The position numbers and the translations under genes were made by a program. A DNA stretch of 64,000 nucleotides from Octopus sinensis (taxonomy: Eukaryota): NCBI RefSeq assembly GCF_006345805.1, contig NC_043013.1:7130001-7194000 (forward strand), written 5' to 3'. A model generated the notes under the pieces. The model searched no databases. It had not been told where the DNA came from and worked only from the letters and a program-made list of their open reading frames with translations. Below are positions 37,620-50,564 of the stretch, in pieces; position 1 is the stretch's first letter; each line of letters starts with the position of its first letter.

Positions 37620-37788
37620 TGGAGTGGCCGTGTGGTAAGAAGCTTGCTTACGAACCACATGGATCCGGGTTCAGTCCACTGCATGGCACCTTGGGCAAGT
37701 GTCTTCAACTATAGCCTTGGGCCGACCAAAGCCTTGTGAGTGGATTTGGTAGACAGAAACTGAAAGAAGCCCATCGTGTATATGTATA

Positions 37789-37824
<36 letters not shown>

Positions 37825-38043
37825 TGTATGTATGTATATGTGTGTGTGTATATATTTGTGTGTCTGTGTTTCTCACCCCAACATCACTTGACAACTGATG
37901 CTGGTGTATTTACATCCTTGTAGCTTAGCAGTTTGGCAAAAGAGACCGATAGAATAAGTCCTGGGGTCAATTTGCTCGACTTAAGTCGGTGCTCCAGCAT
38001 GGCCACAGTCACATGACTGAAACAGGTAAAAGAGTAAAAGAAG
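37620..38043 (+). mobile_element. Family A SINE
   Basis: Match to the family A consensus. Confidence 0.88.
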
Positions 38044-38144
38044 GTATATTCATGGTGTAACTGTTACTCTAGTATACTCTATATTCTTTTCGTAATATAC
38101 ATTATAGTATGTGTCATAGTATTGTGCATGCTATCACTTCTTAA

Positions 38145-38920
38145 GGTCATCTCTACAGATTTTCTATAGAAATTATAGCCAGTGCTGAATCTGTAAACAT
38201 TTCATTCTGCCATCATAATATGCTACAAAGTATATTAAACGTTATTATAGGGCAATACCATGTTCTACTGTGTTAGCAGTGCTATTACATTACTTGTTAA
38301 GGTTATCTATAGCCAGCACTGATTTAGTCTGATGTTTAATATGGTTTGTAGCATATTATGGTTGCATGGATGGAAGCACTCCGTCGGTTACGCCGACGAG
38401 GGTTCCGGTTAATCTGATCAACGGAACAGCCTGCTCGTGAAATTAACGTGTAAGTGGCTGAGCACTCCACAGACACGTGTACCCTTAACGTAGTTCTCGG
38501 GGATACTCAGCGTGACACAGAGAGTGACAAGGCCAGCCCTTTGAAATACAGGTACAACAGAAACAGGAAGTAAGAGTGAGAGAAAGTTGTGGTGAAAGAG
38601 TACAGCCAGGATCACCACCATCCCTGCTGGAGCCTCATGGAGCTTCAGGTGTTTTCTTTCAATAAACACTCACAACGCCCGGTCTGGGAATCGAAACCAC
38701 GATCCTACAACCGCGAGTCCGCTGCCCTAACCACTGGGCCATTGCGCCTCCACTATGGTTGCATAATGAAATATTGTAACAAAAGCAGTGCTGGCTATAA
38801 TTTCTATTGAAAAAAAATCTGTAAAATTGACCTTAACATGTGATTTAATAGCACTGCTAACACAGTAGAACATGGTATTGACTTATAAAAATGTTTAATA
38901 TACTTTGTAGCATATTGTGG
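38145..38920. mobile_element. Fold-back-like element of modular inverted repeats
   Basis: Modules AAGGTCATCTCTACAGATTTTCTATAGAAATTATAGCCAG and ATGCTACAAAGTATATTAAAC...TAGCAGTGCTATTA recur in reverse complement at 38787-38915. Confidence 0.65.
38368..38753 (-). mobile_element. Family B SINE, full length
   Basis: TSD TATGGTTGCAT (38357-38367, 38754-38764). Confidence 0.93.
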
Positions 38921-39229
38921 TTGTATAACAAAATACTTTGTCCCTACAAGTCATTAATGTGTATACTACCATGGTGTTGTTTTTCTTGTGCCCGTGTACT
39001 TATAAGGCTGTTTAACCAGTTTCCATGGCGAATAAGTGACCGAGATAATAATATTTCCGCTGAACGTGATGCCAAATGATTGCAAGGATCACAGTCACAG
39101 CCAGCCGTTTTGAGGGGAGGGGCAAGTCGACTATGTCGTCAGTAGTATTTGACTGGTGCTTTATTTCATTGACCCCTGCTGAAGGAACGAAAGATAAAGT
39201 CAATCACAGAGAGAATTTGAATTCAGAAT

Positions 39230-39475
39230 GTTTCTACAGCTGGATGCCCTTCCTAATGCCAACCACTCCGAGAGTGTAAAAAGTCACCCTCTACACTCTC
39301 GGAGTGGTTGGCGCTAGAAAGGTCATCCAGCTGTAGAAACTCTGCCAGATCAGACTGGAACCTTGTGTAGCCATCTGGTTCGCCAGTCTTCAGTCAAATC
39401 GTCCAACCCATGCTAGCATGGAAAGCGGATGTTAAACGATGATGATGGTGGTGGTGGTGGTGGTGGTGGTGGTGG
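39230..39475 (+). mobile_element. RTE 3' end with 5' inverted duplication
   Basis: Arms at 39230-39278 and 39292-39340 are near-perfect reverse complements; (GAT)n/(GGT)n tail. Confidence 0.85.
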
Positions 39476-40284
39476 TAAAGCACCAGAAGAAACACTGCTA
39501 AGCATTTTATTTGATGTGCTAACCATTCTGCCTGCTTACCACTTTGGTATGATGCATACCATTGTACACATAGGACATGGTGAAATAGCTTCTTCTTTCT
39601 TTCTTTCTTTCTTTCTTTTTTCTTTCTTTTTTTTTCCCCTGCAAGAAGCAAGAGACTTCAACTAAGAGTTGTCAATGATTTCAATTGTCAAGTTGTTTAA
39701 ATTTATATCCAAATCTGAATTTGACAGGATGTAATTATATTTCGTGACTGATTTCATCTTTTCTCTTCTTTTTTTTTTCTTGTTTGCTTTGTTTGGTTTT
39801 GTTATAGAAGCTGTGTTTTCTTTTATTGTTTGTTTATTTGAAAAAAAATTTTTTTTTTTGTTGCTTTCGTCATGTCTGATTACGTAACTAAATCGATGGC
39901 TCAGCGAAATCTAATGCTGTTATAGTGTCTTGTATCGTTGCTATACAAGACCTTTGCTAAACCTTGGCCACACCTTAGCAAACAAAGAGATTAGTTTATA
40001 CAGGTAGATTTACCTGAAAACACACATGCACACACACACACACACATCTACACACAAACACAGGAATGGACCTCTGTCATATGGCAGTGATGATTCAACA
40101 CACACACACACACACACACACTCATTTATACATAATTACAAACCCAAATAAGCATAATAGAAATGGATCTCTGTCATTTGACAGCGATGATTCAGTTAGT
40201 TATTCAATCAATTAAATTTTCTGGCCATTAAATTAATGTGTAAATTAACTGAGCATTCCACTGACACAGGTGTCCTTATCATCA

Positions 40285-40665
40285 CTAGTAGTATAGCCCG
40301 GTGTTGCTCGGGTTTGTTTTCTTTTCGACCCTTTAGAATTGGAATTTTTGAAAAGTATAAATTTTGCATTATGTAGCTTGTTATTCTCTTTAAGTGAACA
40401 TTCTTCTGGTTGAAATACACCAAAAAATGGCGACACAGCAGTAAAAAAATAGAAAGAAAGCACCTTTTTGATGTAAATAATTTTGGGTCTTAACATGGTC
40501 CAATTTGAATTTTTTCTGCTATGGAATGAAGAGAAGAGAAAGCCTTCTTCTATCATGCTGTCAATTTTGGTCAACTCGCGCCGCAGGGTCTCGGAGGGGA
40601 TATATTGTTAGTTGAAGGATACCAAACCTGCCACACACAGACAACTTCTGCTTTATATATAAAGA
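40285..40665 (-). mobile_element. Non-autonomous Helitron
   Basis: Minus strand 5' TC, 3' hairpin CCCGAGCAACACCGGG about 10 nt before CTAG; inserted between A and T. Confidence 0.85.
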
Positions 40666-40997
40666 TTTAACATCTGCTTTCCATGCTGGCTTGGGTTGGA
40701 CAGGAACTGGTAATGCCACACCATATTCTGTCTATTTTGGCATGGTTTCTGCAGCTGGATACTGCCTTTCCTAAAGCCATATATTTCGCTTAGGCATTGC
40801 AATGCACTTCATGTTTGAGGGTCTGTTTAAGATATAAGGCAGTGTTTTTCGACTTTTTTATCCTTGAGTGACCCTTAAAAGATATTACATATCTTAAGGA
40901 ACCCCTACACAAAAAAAAATTATATATTATATCTTACTCATATTTGTTTCATTCTAGTTCACATGGTAACATGGTAAATATCATATATATATATATA

Positions 40998-42031
40998 TCT
41001 TTATATATATATAAAACTGAGAATGTCTGTCTGTCTGGCTGTGTGTTTCCCTAAAACTTGAGAACTGCACAACCAATTTCATTCAAATTTTACACATGCC
41101 TTACTTAGGGTCCATGTAGTTTCATGGGCAAAAAAATGTTCAACTTCTTGCCTAGAGTGAGCCCATAGCAATATCATATCTTCTCCACTATTTCAGTATT
41201 ACGTGTTAAAAGTGAAACAAAAACATTTCTCTATTTTATGTTAGATACTTTCACTTTAACAATAAAAATAATAATAACAATTGAATTATATGTAGTAAGT
41301 AATAATTAAAATCAAACTAAAGTATAATATAATCGTAACATAACAAAAGTAAAAATAGCAATTGGTATAAAATTGCATCAATGACTTGAACTTAAATAAG
41401 TGGTTTCACATGAATGGGAATAAATTGAAAATAAAATTAGCGTGCAGAAATGGAATAGTCCAGATGGATAATAAAAAATTAAATTAAAGAAAAGACTATT
41501 GTCTATAAAGTATGCAATGTAGAGAAAAAAAAAATTTGGACACATGGAGGAAAGCACCTTAGAAAAGTGTCTTGGTGCGACTATGAAAGATATCTAATCA
41601 GAGGCGGTAAATTCGCTACAATAGAAGCAAGGTTCGAGTCAACGGAGCGTGCAAGGGAGTACTCGACTTGAACTTGCAAAGTGGAAATATTTTATGTTTA
41701 CCTTTATATCTTGGACGTAGGACGTGCCGGAAAAAAACTTAAAATGCCCCCCCCCCCCAGAAGTAGATGTAGGCTGGATTGTAGCCACACTTCTATACAA
41801 GAGGGAGGACACGATACAATTGATCGAAATTACAAGAGACGGGCTAACAATTCCAGTCTGTTATATATTTTGAGTATTGTTATCACTAGCGATATCAAGA
41901 TATAACTTTGTATTTTGTATTTTATGTGTAGATGTATATATTTAGATGTACATGTAATATGTACACATATATATACACATATATACATGCACTAGCACTA
42001 TGACCTGGCAACGACGGGTCTTTAATGCTAG
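40998..42031 (+). mobile_element. Non-autonomous Helitron
   Basis: 5' TCTTTATATATATATAAAACTG..., 3' hairpin GACCTGGCAACGACGGGTC then CTAG; A|T site. Confidence 0.85.
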
Positions 42032-42417
42032 TATATATATATATATATATATATATATCTGTAAAATAATATGTGACAATTATTCAATAGCCAAGATAAA
42101 ACTCTGAGTTTCGGATGCCGAGGTGGAAATCCACAACACCATCTCTTACCTTTCCCTCATTGGACACTAAACAAAGACCTGTTGAGGCAAGTGAAATCAA
42201 AATCAAATTCGATGATGCTAAGAGTACCATACGAGCTTGATCGTTGCCAGAGCAACAAGCTGTATAAATATATATATCTATACATACATACATAAATGTA
42301 CGTGCATATATATACATACATATATATATATGCACATATGTATTTGTATGTATAGATAGATAGCTATATTTATACATACATATATATATATACATAGATA
42401 TATACATACATACATAC

Positions 42418-42449
<32 letters not shown>

Positions 42450-42453
<4 letters not shown>

Positions 42454-42609
42454 GACGGGCTTCTTTCAGTTTCTGTCTACCAAATCAACTCACAAGGCTT
42501 TGGTCGGCCTGCAGCTATAGTAGAAGACATTTGCCCAAGGTGGCACGCAGTGAGACTGAAACCGGAACCATGTGGTTCGTAAGCTAGCTACTTACCACAC
42601 AGCCACTCC

Positions 42610-42660
<51 letters not shown>

Positions 42661-43005
42661 GATAGATAGGTAGATATGTAGATATATATATATCATCACC
42701 ATCATCATTAACGTCTGATGATGATGATGATGATATATATAAATATATACACACACAGGGATTCCTAAACTATATATATATATATATATCTTTTATCTTT
42801 CTTTTACTTGTTTCAGTCATTTGACTGCAGCCATACTGGAGCACCACCTTGAAAGGTTTTAGCCAAACAAATCTGCTCCCAGGACTTTTTTTTCAAAGCT
42901 TAATACTTATTCTGTCATTCTCTTTTGCCAAACTGCTAGGTTGCGGGGATGTAAACACAGCAACACTGGTTGTCAAGTGGTGATGGAGGTGGTGTACAAA
43001 GACAA

Positions 43006-43093
<88 letters not shown>

Positions 43094-43117
43094 CATGCAT
43101 CATACATACATATATAC

Positions 43118-43166
<49 letters not shown>

Positions 43167-43425
43167 CTGTATCATCATCATCATCATCATCATCAAACGG
43201 ACGCTAAACGATGATGATGATGATGATGATACATACATGCATCATACACACATATATACACACATATATACACACACATATACAGCGGGCTTCTTTCAGT
43301 TTCCGTCTACCATATCCACTCAGGGCTCTAGTTGGCCCAAGGCTATTGTAGAAGACAATAGGCCCAGGTGTCAGGAAGTCAGAATTATGTGGTTGGGAAG
43401 GAAACTTCTAACCACTCAGTCATGC
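42450..43425 (-). mobile_element. Two family A SINE pieces (42450-42612; 42800-43425) with expanded microsatellites
   Basis: Matches to head and tail halves. Confidence 0.75.
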
Positions 43426-43699
43426 ATTTAACTGTGCCTGTGTGTGTAAAAGCGTTAGCGTGCTTCTTTTTCGGTTATATGCTCTGTTGACGATGTGAAA
43501 GCATTGAAATCATTAACTGTGGCTGAATGGTGTTATTCAATGTAACAATACCAACGAAAGAGATGATAATGTTTATATTTAGAACGTGATAATGTTTACA
43601 AACAGAGCTTATTCGCTTGACATCTTTATGGGCTTTGCACGTGTATCATCTACACATACATGTGTGTGGTGTGTATGTATAAATATATATATATATAGG

Positions 43700-44115
43700 C
43701 GCAGGAGTGGCTGTGTGGTAAGTAGCTTGCTAACCAACCACATGGTTCCGGGTTCAGTCCCACTGCGTGGCATCTTGGGCAAGTGTCTTCTGATATAGCC
43801 CCGGGCCGACCAATGCCTTGTGAGTGGATTTGGTAGATGGAAACTGAAAGAAGCCTGTCGTAGATATGTATGTATATATATATGTGTGTGTATATGTGTG
43901 TGTGTGTCTGTGTTTGTCCCCCTAGCATTGCTTGACAACCGATGCTGGTGTGTTTACGTACCCGTCACTAAGTGGTTCGGCAAAAGAGACCGATAGAATA
44001 AGTACTGGGCTTACAAAGAATAAGTCCCGCGGTCGATTTGCTCGACGAAAGGCGGTGCTCCAGCATGGCTGCAGTCAAATGACTGAAACAAGCAAAAGAG
44101 TAAAAGAGTAAAGAG
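43700..44115 (+). mobile_element. Family A SINE (full length)
   Basis: A and B boxes plus tail. Confidence 0.92.
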
Positions 44116-44330
44116 TTAATCCAAACATGAAAGCACAAAAAAAACCCAGCAACGCGAGGACATGGAACAAATATAGTATTATTGGACGCTCAGGGAAGAA
44201 GGAAAGAAGGAGGGTTTAACGTTTCGAGCGGAGCTCTTCATCGGAAACATAGGAGAAGGAAAGATCCAGAGAAGGGAAAACAGAGGAAAAAAAATCACCA
44301 ACGGTACACACGAAGTCACATTTTGAATGA
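44115..44330 (-). mobile_element. Penelope-like terminal repeat with hammerhead-like motif at 44214-44248
   Basis: Minus strand GTTT-CCGATGA-A-GAGCTCCGCTC-GAAACGTT-AAAC. Confidence 0.62.
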
Positions 44331-44654
44331 CCGTATATATTAATATCTAGCTTATGTACAGTGATACGAATAATGTAGTGTAGAACTCCATATATGAATA
44401 CTATGTCAGAGAAATAAACGATTACTTTCTTATAGCTTCATTATATGTGTGTGTGTGTGTGTGTGTGTGTATAAATATATATATGTATATGTATATATGT
44501 ATGTAAGTATGTATATATACATATAGAAATGAAGCTAGTATACTTCATCGGATGTGCAATGTCTGTGTGCCTGTATGACAGAATCCATACGCATTTTTAT
44601 ATATTTATGTGTGTGTGTGTGTGTGTACAATTAAGATTCAGTTAAATAAAGTAC

Positions 44655-46340
44655 TTAGTTAGTTAGTTAGTTAATTTTTTGGCTCAAAAAGCAAAAAAGC
44701 AAGGCCATGTAGGGGGACATGGAGTTATGTACAGGGTGGTGTTCATGTAAAGAGTTCAGGCCATTTCTGGTCAAGAGAGACTTTGAACCGAGCGGTTGTC
44801 GGCATCTTCACCATCTCGTCTGGCAGCTTATTCCACGGATCCGCAACCCGGACTGAGAAAGCCCCTCTCCTTCGATTGAGATGAAATCGTCGCAGATAGA
44901 GCTTTTCGGAATGATCCCGCAGCCAATGCTCTGGAGCAGGAGAACAGCTCTTTCGAGAGGTTACACTTTCCGCTTATGATGTTGTTAGCAAGAATGAGAT
45001 CACCACGGCGTCGTCATTTTTTCTAGAGAATAAAGGTCGAGCGTCTTCAGCCTTTCTTCATAAGACAAATTCTTGAGACCAAGAACCATGCAGGTAGCCA
45101 GCTTCTGGACTCTTTCGAGATGCTGTATGCCTTTGAGGAGATAAGGAGAAGAGGCTTGAATCTCGTACTCCAATATGGGTCTCACCAGCGTGACATAGAG
45201 CGGTAGGAATATGGCTGCTGTGAGCACTCCGAATGACCGTCGAATCAAGAACAGAATTCTGCGTGCTTTGTTGGCAGCATGGACGCACTGGGCCGAAGGC
45301 GAAAAGGAGGAATCCACCAAAATACCCAGGTCCTTTACCTGATCGGTCCTCTCTAGCAGCAGACGACCCGGCTCAAAATCAAGTTGAGTTGCAGGAGGAG
45401 AGCCAACAGGCAGATGACAGCACTTTGACACATTCAGACACAGGTCCCAATCGTTAGACCATCTCCAAATTTGGTGGAGGCATCGACGAAGATCCTCTAT
45501 ATCACTGCGAGGAGCGACCAGTTTGACATTGTCGGCAAATAGAAGGGTATGTTGCGTGAGATCATCGGGCAAGTCATTTATGAAGACTAAGAACAATAAG
45601 GGCCCAAGCACTGAACCTTGAGGCATGCCACTGCTTGCATTGGAGACGTCGGACCGTGAACCATTAACTTGGACTTGGAAGGAGCGATCTGAGAGGAAGG
45701 CACCAACCCATCATACAAAATCTGGATGGAAACTATATGTTTGAAGCTTGACAAGTAATAGACGGTGGTTTACCGAGTCAAAAGCTTTGGCAAAGTCCAA
45801 TAAAACAATGTCAACAGCATCACTATCATCAAGGATGCACATCACCAATTCTTCCATTACCAGTAAGTTGGTCAAGCATGATCTCTTCGGCATGAAGCCG
45901 TGTTGGGAATCAGAGATAGAGGCTGTGTTTTGGAGGTGGAGCATCATACTTTTCGTAGGATGGTTTCAAACATCTTGCTGATTATTGATGTAAGGGAAAC
46001 TGGTCGGTAGTTAAGCGGGTCTTCGCGGCTCCCTTTCTTGAAAATTGGGCAGATTATCACTGTTTGCAGGTATAACACCTGTCGCCAATGACATATTGAA
46101 TAGACGTGTTAAGGGCTCGCAGATGACCGGAGCCAACGCTTTGATAACCCATGGGTGTATGCTGTCAGAGCCGTGACCTTTGTTGACATCGAGGCCTTGA
46201 ATAACGCGTTTGACTTCGTCCCGTGTGATGACCAATCGAAGCATTGGAGGTACCGATCTATCAAATGGAGGGGGTTCATGACCATCATCTTGTTTGAAAA
46301 TAGTTGAAAAAGCCTCGGCAAATAATTGAGGTATCTCATT
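44655..46340 (-). mobile_element. 5'-truncated CR1/L2-clade LINE; reverse transcriptase pseudogene
   Basis: KKGSREDPLNYRPVSLTS, QHGFMPKRSCLTNLL, LDFAKAFDSVNH, PQGSVLGPLLFLVFINDLP, LFADN (YADD-equivalent mutated); frameshifts; (TAAC)n tail. Confidence 0.95.
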
Positions 46341-46750
46341 AGTTCGGAATAATATACAAACACAACAATATTAAATATTACACATGGTACATAAGTACCG
46401 ACTGAACAATGATATTATTGCAGTGTATGTAGACAATTAGACCAAGCTGAGTGAATAAGGTCTCCCTCTTAGCTATTCAGAGATGTACTTTATATTAAAT
46501 ATACTGTCCACATTATTTACGAATTGCAAATTCCGAGATAAGTGAATAAAATATAAATGAGTAACAGAAAGGTACAGGTATCAATCCATACACCTGTACC
46601 TCTCTGAGACTCATTTATGTTATATATATATGTATATATATATGAACTCCGTTACACACACACACACACACGCAGAACATATGTACTGTCAGGAGATATA
46701 AACAAGTTGTTGGATAAAGGATAAAGTACAGCATAGCGCTAAGTCCCGAG

Positions 46751-46787
<37 letters not shown>

Positions 46788-47411
46788 AGTGATAGTGGTG
46801 GTTGTAGTCGTGGTGGTGGTGGTGGTGGTGGTGAATGAGTGGAGGTAGTTTTTGTTATTACTTCAATAAGCAGTCACAGACCATGCTTTAAAAACAAATC
46901 AGGTGACACAGGTACCTCGGTTAGGGTGGCAATGGGGTGGCTGTGAAATCAGGTGAGCTGTTCATCTGACTAAGACAGGTCGTCACTGCTGCTGCTACTG
47001 GTTGCAGAAAACAGAGTAAGCAAATATGGTATGTGGCATATAAGAAGGTGAACAGCACACCTAACTACACAGCCAGCACCTGTATACAAGCCACATTTGT
47101 TGCTCTGCATCTGAGTGTGTGTGTGTGTATGTGAAGGTTATATGTATGAATCTATCTTTTTCTTTTACTATTTTTTTTATACTTGTTTTCAGTTATTAGA
47201 CTGTGGCCATGCTGGGGTACCACTTGAAGATTTTTAGCCGAAAGGATTTGAGCCCAGTAAATTTAATTTTTTAAAGCCTGGTACTTATTCTATCAGTATC
47301 TTTTGCCAAACTGCTAAGTTACAGGAATGTAAATACACCAAGACTGGTTGTCAAACAGTGATGGGGAACAAACACAGATGCAAAGACACACACACATGTC
47401 ATCGTCATCAT

Positions 47412-47441
<30 letters not shown>

Positions 47442-47443
<2 letters not shown>

Positions 47444-47737
47444 GGAGGTGCAATGGCCCAGTGGTTAGGGCAGCGAACTCGCGGTCGTAGGATCACGGTT
47501 TCGATTCCCAGGCCGGGCGTTGTGAGTGTTTATTGAGTGAAAACACCTAAAAAGCTCCACGAGGCTCCTGCAGGAGGTGGTGATCTCTGCCGTACTCTTT
47601 CACCACTCTTTCTTCTGTTGGCCTGCTCGCTTAGCCAGCGGGGTGGTGTCATTCGAAGGCTAAAACAATGTGAACGCATTGTGACCAGCGATGTGTAGCA
47701 ACATCTGATGGTCTGGTCAGTCACGTGATCACGTGAC
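47442..47737 (+). mobile_element. Family B head with a third, different 3' tail
   Basis: Matches family B through GTACTCTTTCACCAC, then diverges to ...GATGGTCTGGTCAGTCACGTGA. Confidence 0.8.
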
Positions 47738-48299
47738 ATATATATATATATATATATAATCAGCTGAAATTGCGAGGATAATCTGGTGCTTGACTGAGGA
47801 AAGAAAACTTCAAATGACCCATCCTTGTTTTCTTTGTATCGTCTGTCTGGATGTTTTGTTGTCCCTTTTTGTATCACCTAGCTGTCCGGATATTTTGTAT
47901 TCTTGTCCCATTTTGTATTTTATATATCTATATATATATACATAGATGTGTGTATTTTTCCCTTGTTAAACATCAACACGGAAAAAATAGATAGATAGTT
48001 ACCAGGGTAGCAAAAATGTCTTATTGACGAGTTTCATTTCTTCATTTTGCTGAAGAGAAGATTACATTGTTTTACACCATTTTGTTCTTTTGGAATAATA
48101 CCAGTAATATCTTCAAAACATCTGTCGGAAGTAAAAGAATTTGAATAACACCTGCGTTTAACTCCATTTATATATATATATACGAATGGCATCTTTTAGT
48201 TTCCAGCTATCAAATCCATTCGCTAGGCTTTGGTCAGCTCGAGGCTATGGCAGAAGACGCCTGCCCAAGGTGCCACACAGTGGGACTGAACCTGATACC

Positions 48300-49285
48300 A
48301 TAAGTTCATCAGAATCTCTTTGACTATATCTTTTCCTGCATTGAGAACATGTATCCAGTCTTTCCTCTCTTTCAGTCATCATTCTCATTGACTTGAAAAC
48401 TCCCAAAATCATGGCACCCTCACTCATTGTCCACAGATACTGGGCAGGGGCTGATTCCTTTGTGGTTTTCGTCTCTTTACAGCGACTTGTTTCATTCCCT
48501 TCTCACTTTCCAGATTGATACACTGACACCCTAAATGTTCTTAATCTCTTTCTCACCTCCAAATCTAACTTATCCCTAACTGTAACTGTCTTTGCACTTA
48601 TCAGATCATCCGCCCATACTTTGTCACAATTTCCCAGCATACAATCTCCTACTCACCATTACATTCAACAGTCCCTGTTCTTGACACAGCTTCATTCCTT
48701 CTTAACTTTTTTCAAATGAGCGTTATCCAAGAACAACCTAGAGACCACTCGGGTAACTTGCATTGGTTCCCTAAACTGAGACTTTAAGAGTGTTCTCCAT
48801 TGGAACCATACCATCCTGCCTCTCTTAATAGCAAAAACCTCAAGCACTTCTCGTATCAAGAAAACACTACTGCTCTTCCCTTAAACATGATTCACTCTCA
48901 GCTAGAGCCCTCAAAGTTGTACCAAATACTCAATCTCATTATAATTGGGTATCTTTCCTAGCAAAAGCACATCCTTAACAAAGTTAGGACTGCTTCTGCC
49001 AGAAAAATATTTCAAACCCCAACAATCATTGATGCTCTACAAGAGCCCAAGGGAGCCTCCTCATCCAGTGAAGGTCCTCAACCGATTGTCATTAAATCGC
49101 ATACACACACACTTTCATACTCTAGCTTTCGGTCTGCAAGCCTGCTGCCTCCCTTCTCTGTCTTTCTTATCTCTACTACAATGTGCTCTGTTCCTCAGAG
49201 CTTGCTTGTCTTGTGCTTCCTTCACTCAAGCACTCACAACTTACTCATGTCTCCATCTGTCATTACCCTGTCTCCAATCCCCTGG
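48300..49285 (+). pseudogene. Highly degenerate L2/CR1-group LINE ORF2 C-terminal region
   Basis: LLLPEKYFKPQQSLMLYKS and the CTACTACAATGTGCTCTGTTCCTCAGAGCTTGCT segment (YYxxxCSSELA-like). Confidence 0.45.
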
Positions 49286-49287
49286 CC

Positions 49288-49550
49288 TAGGGTAAAGACC
49301 CCCTTCAATCATGAATGACCATGGGTTGCACCTAGAAAGTTACTCTCCGAGGCACAAGTCCAGGCAAGGTTGTTTATCGAAGACCAGCAGTTGCCCATGC
49401 ATACCAGCTACACCTTTCCAATCCACCAATGTCATCCCAGGGAAAGACAAAGGTTGACACAGCTTGGCACCAGTAACATCGCAACAGATAGCCTAGCCCA
49501 GGAATTGAACTCACTACCTCATGATTGTGAGCCAGATGCTCTAACCCCTG
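49288..49550 (-). mobile_element. Family E SINE with tRNA-like head
   Basis: Minus strand CAGGGGTTAGAGCATCTGG...GAGTTCAATTCCTGG head plus the family E tail. Confidence 0.75.
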
Positions 49551-49976
49551 AGACCTAGTCCCTTCTCAGAGGTCAGAGGTCCAGCTAAGATCAGAGGTAA
49601 TGTACCTCTCTCCAGAACCAGGAAATAAAACGTGTACACCTGTCTATATATATATATATGTATATATATATGCATGTGTGCATGTGTGTGTTCATATGTC
49701 TGTATGTACATATTCACACACTTACATGCATATGCATGTAATGTAGAGTAGGGGGGAAACAAATCAATATAGATCAATATTGATTCATACACCAAACCAT
49801 GGTAACAAAAGAAACTAACATGATTTCTTTCTTTGACAAATACACACACACGCATACACACACACACACACACACACACATGCAATAGGCCAGAACATAC
49901 TGTATAAACAATCAAATTACAATCGTATGTTACATATATGTGTGTATATACATGTATATGTATCAATAATACATAC

Positions 49977-50014
<38 letters not shown>

Positions 50015-50564
50015 CTCTGTGTGTGTGTGTGTGTGTGTACACATACGTATAGGCATGTCTATGTATATGTATACCTATATATATAAATGCATGTGTGTGG
50101 TACTGTGTCTTTCAAAACCAGACTGTACTTCTAAGCTTGTTAGTACATGGAGACATACTCTTCTGAAACCTTAAACTACAGAACACACACCTCACTAAAG
50201 AGATCAGGTAAGGCATGACATTTTAATTCAAACATAGGAGAAAAGACAGACTGTTTATCTGCCGGCAAGCAGGTGTCATAGAGTGGCTGGGTAATTTTGG
50301 AATGTAAATAAAAGCCATCTTGTCAATTAAACTTTATCACAAGTATTAAAGAAACAAAAAAAAAAGTAATTTATGACATATCCTAAAGAAACCAAAAAAA
50401 AAAAGAAGAAAGAAAAGAAATAGTAAAATAGGAGTAACTCTTTCTGTTGTTGGCACAAAGCCTGAAATTTGAAGAAGGGTCTAAGTTGATTACATCGACC
50501 CCAGTGCTTGACTGGTACCTATTTCATGAACCTCTGAAAGGATAAAAAAATGCCTAGTCAACCT

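Noticed and set aside
42100-42135. GAAACTCAGAGT palindromic stem III on the minus strand
   Set aside because: No CUGANGA-like box upstream.
46570-46601. 10-bp inverted repeat AGGTACAGGT/ACCTGTACCT
   Set aside because: Too short for a pre-miRNA, and isolated.
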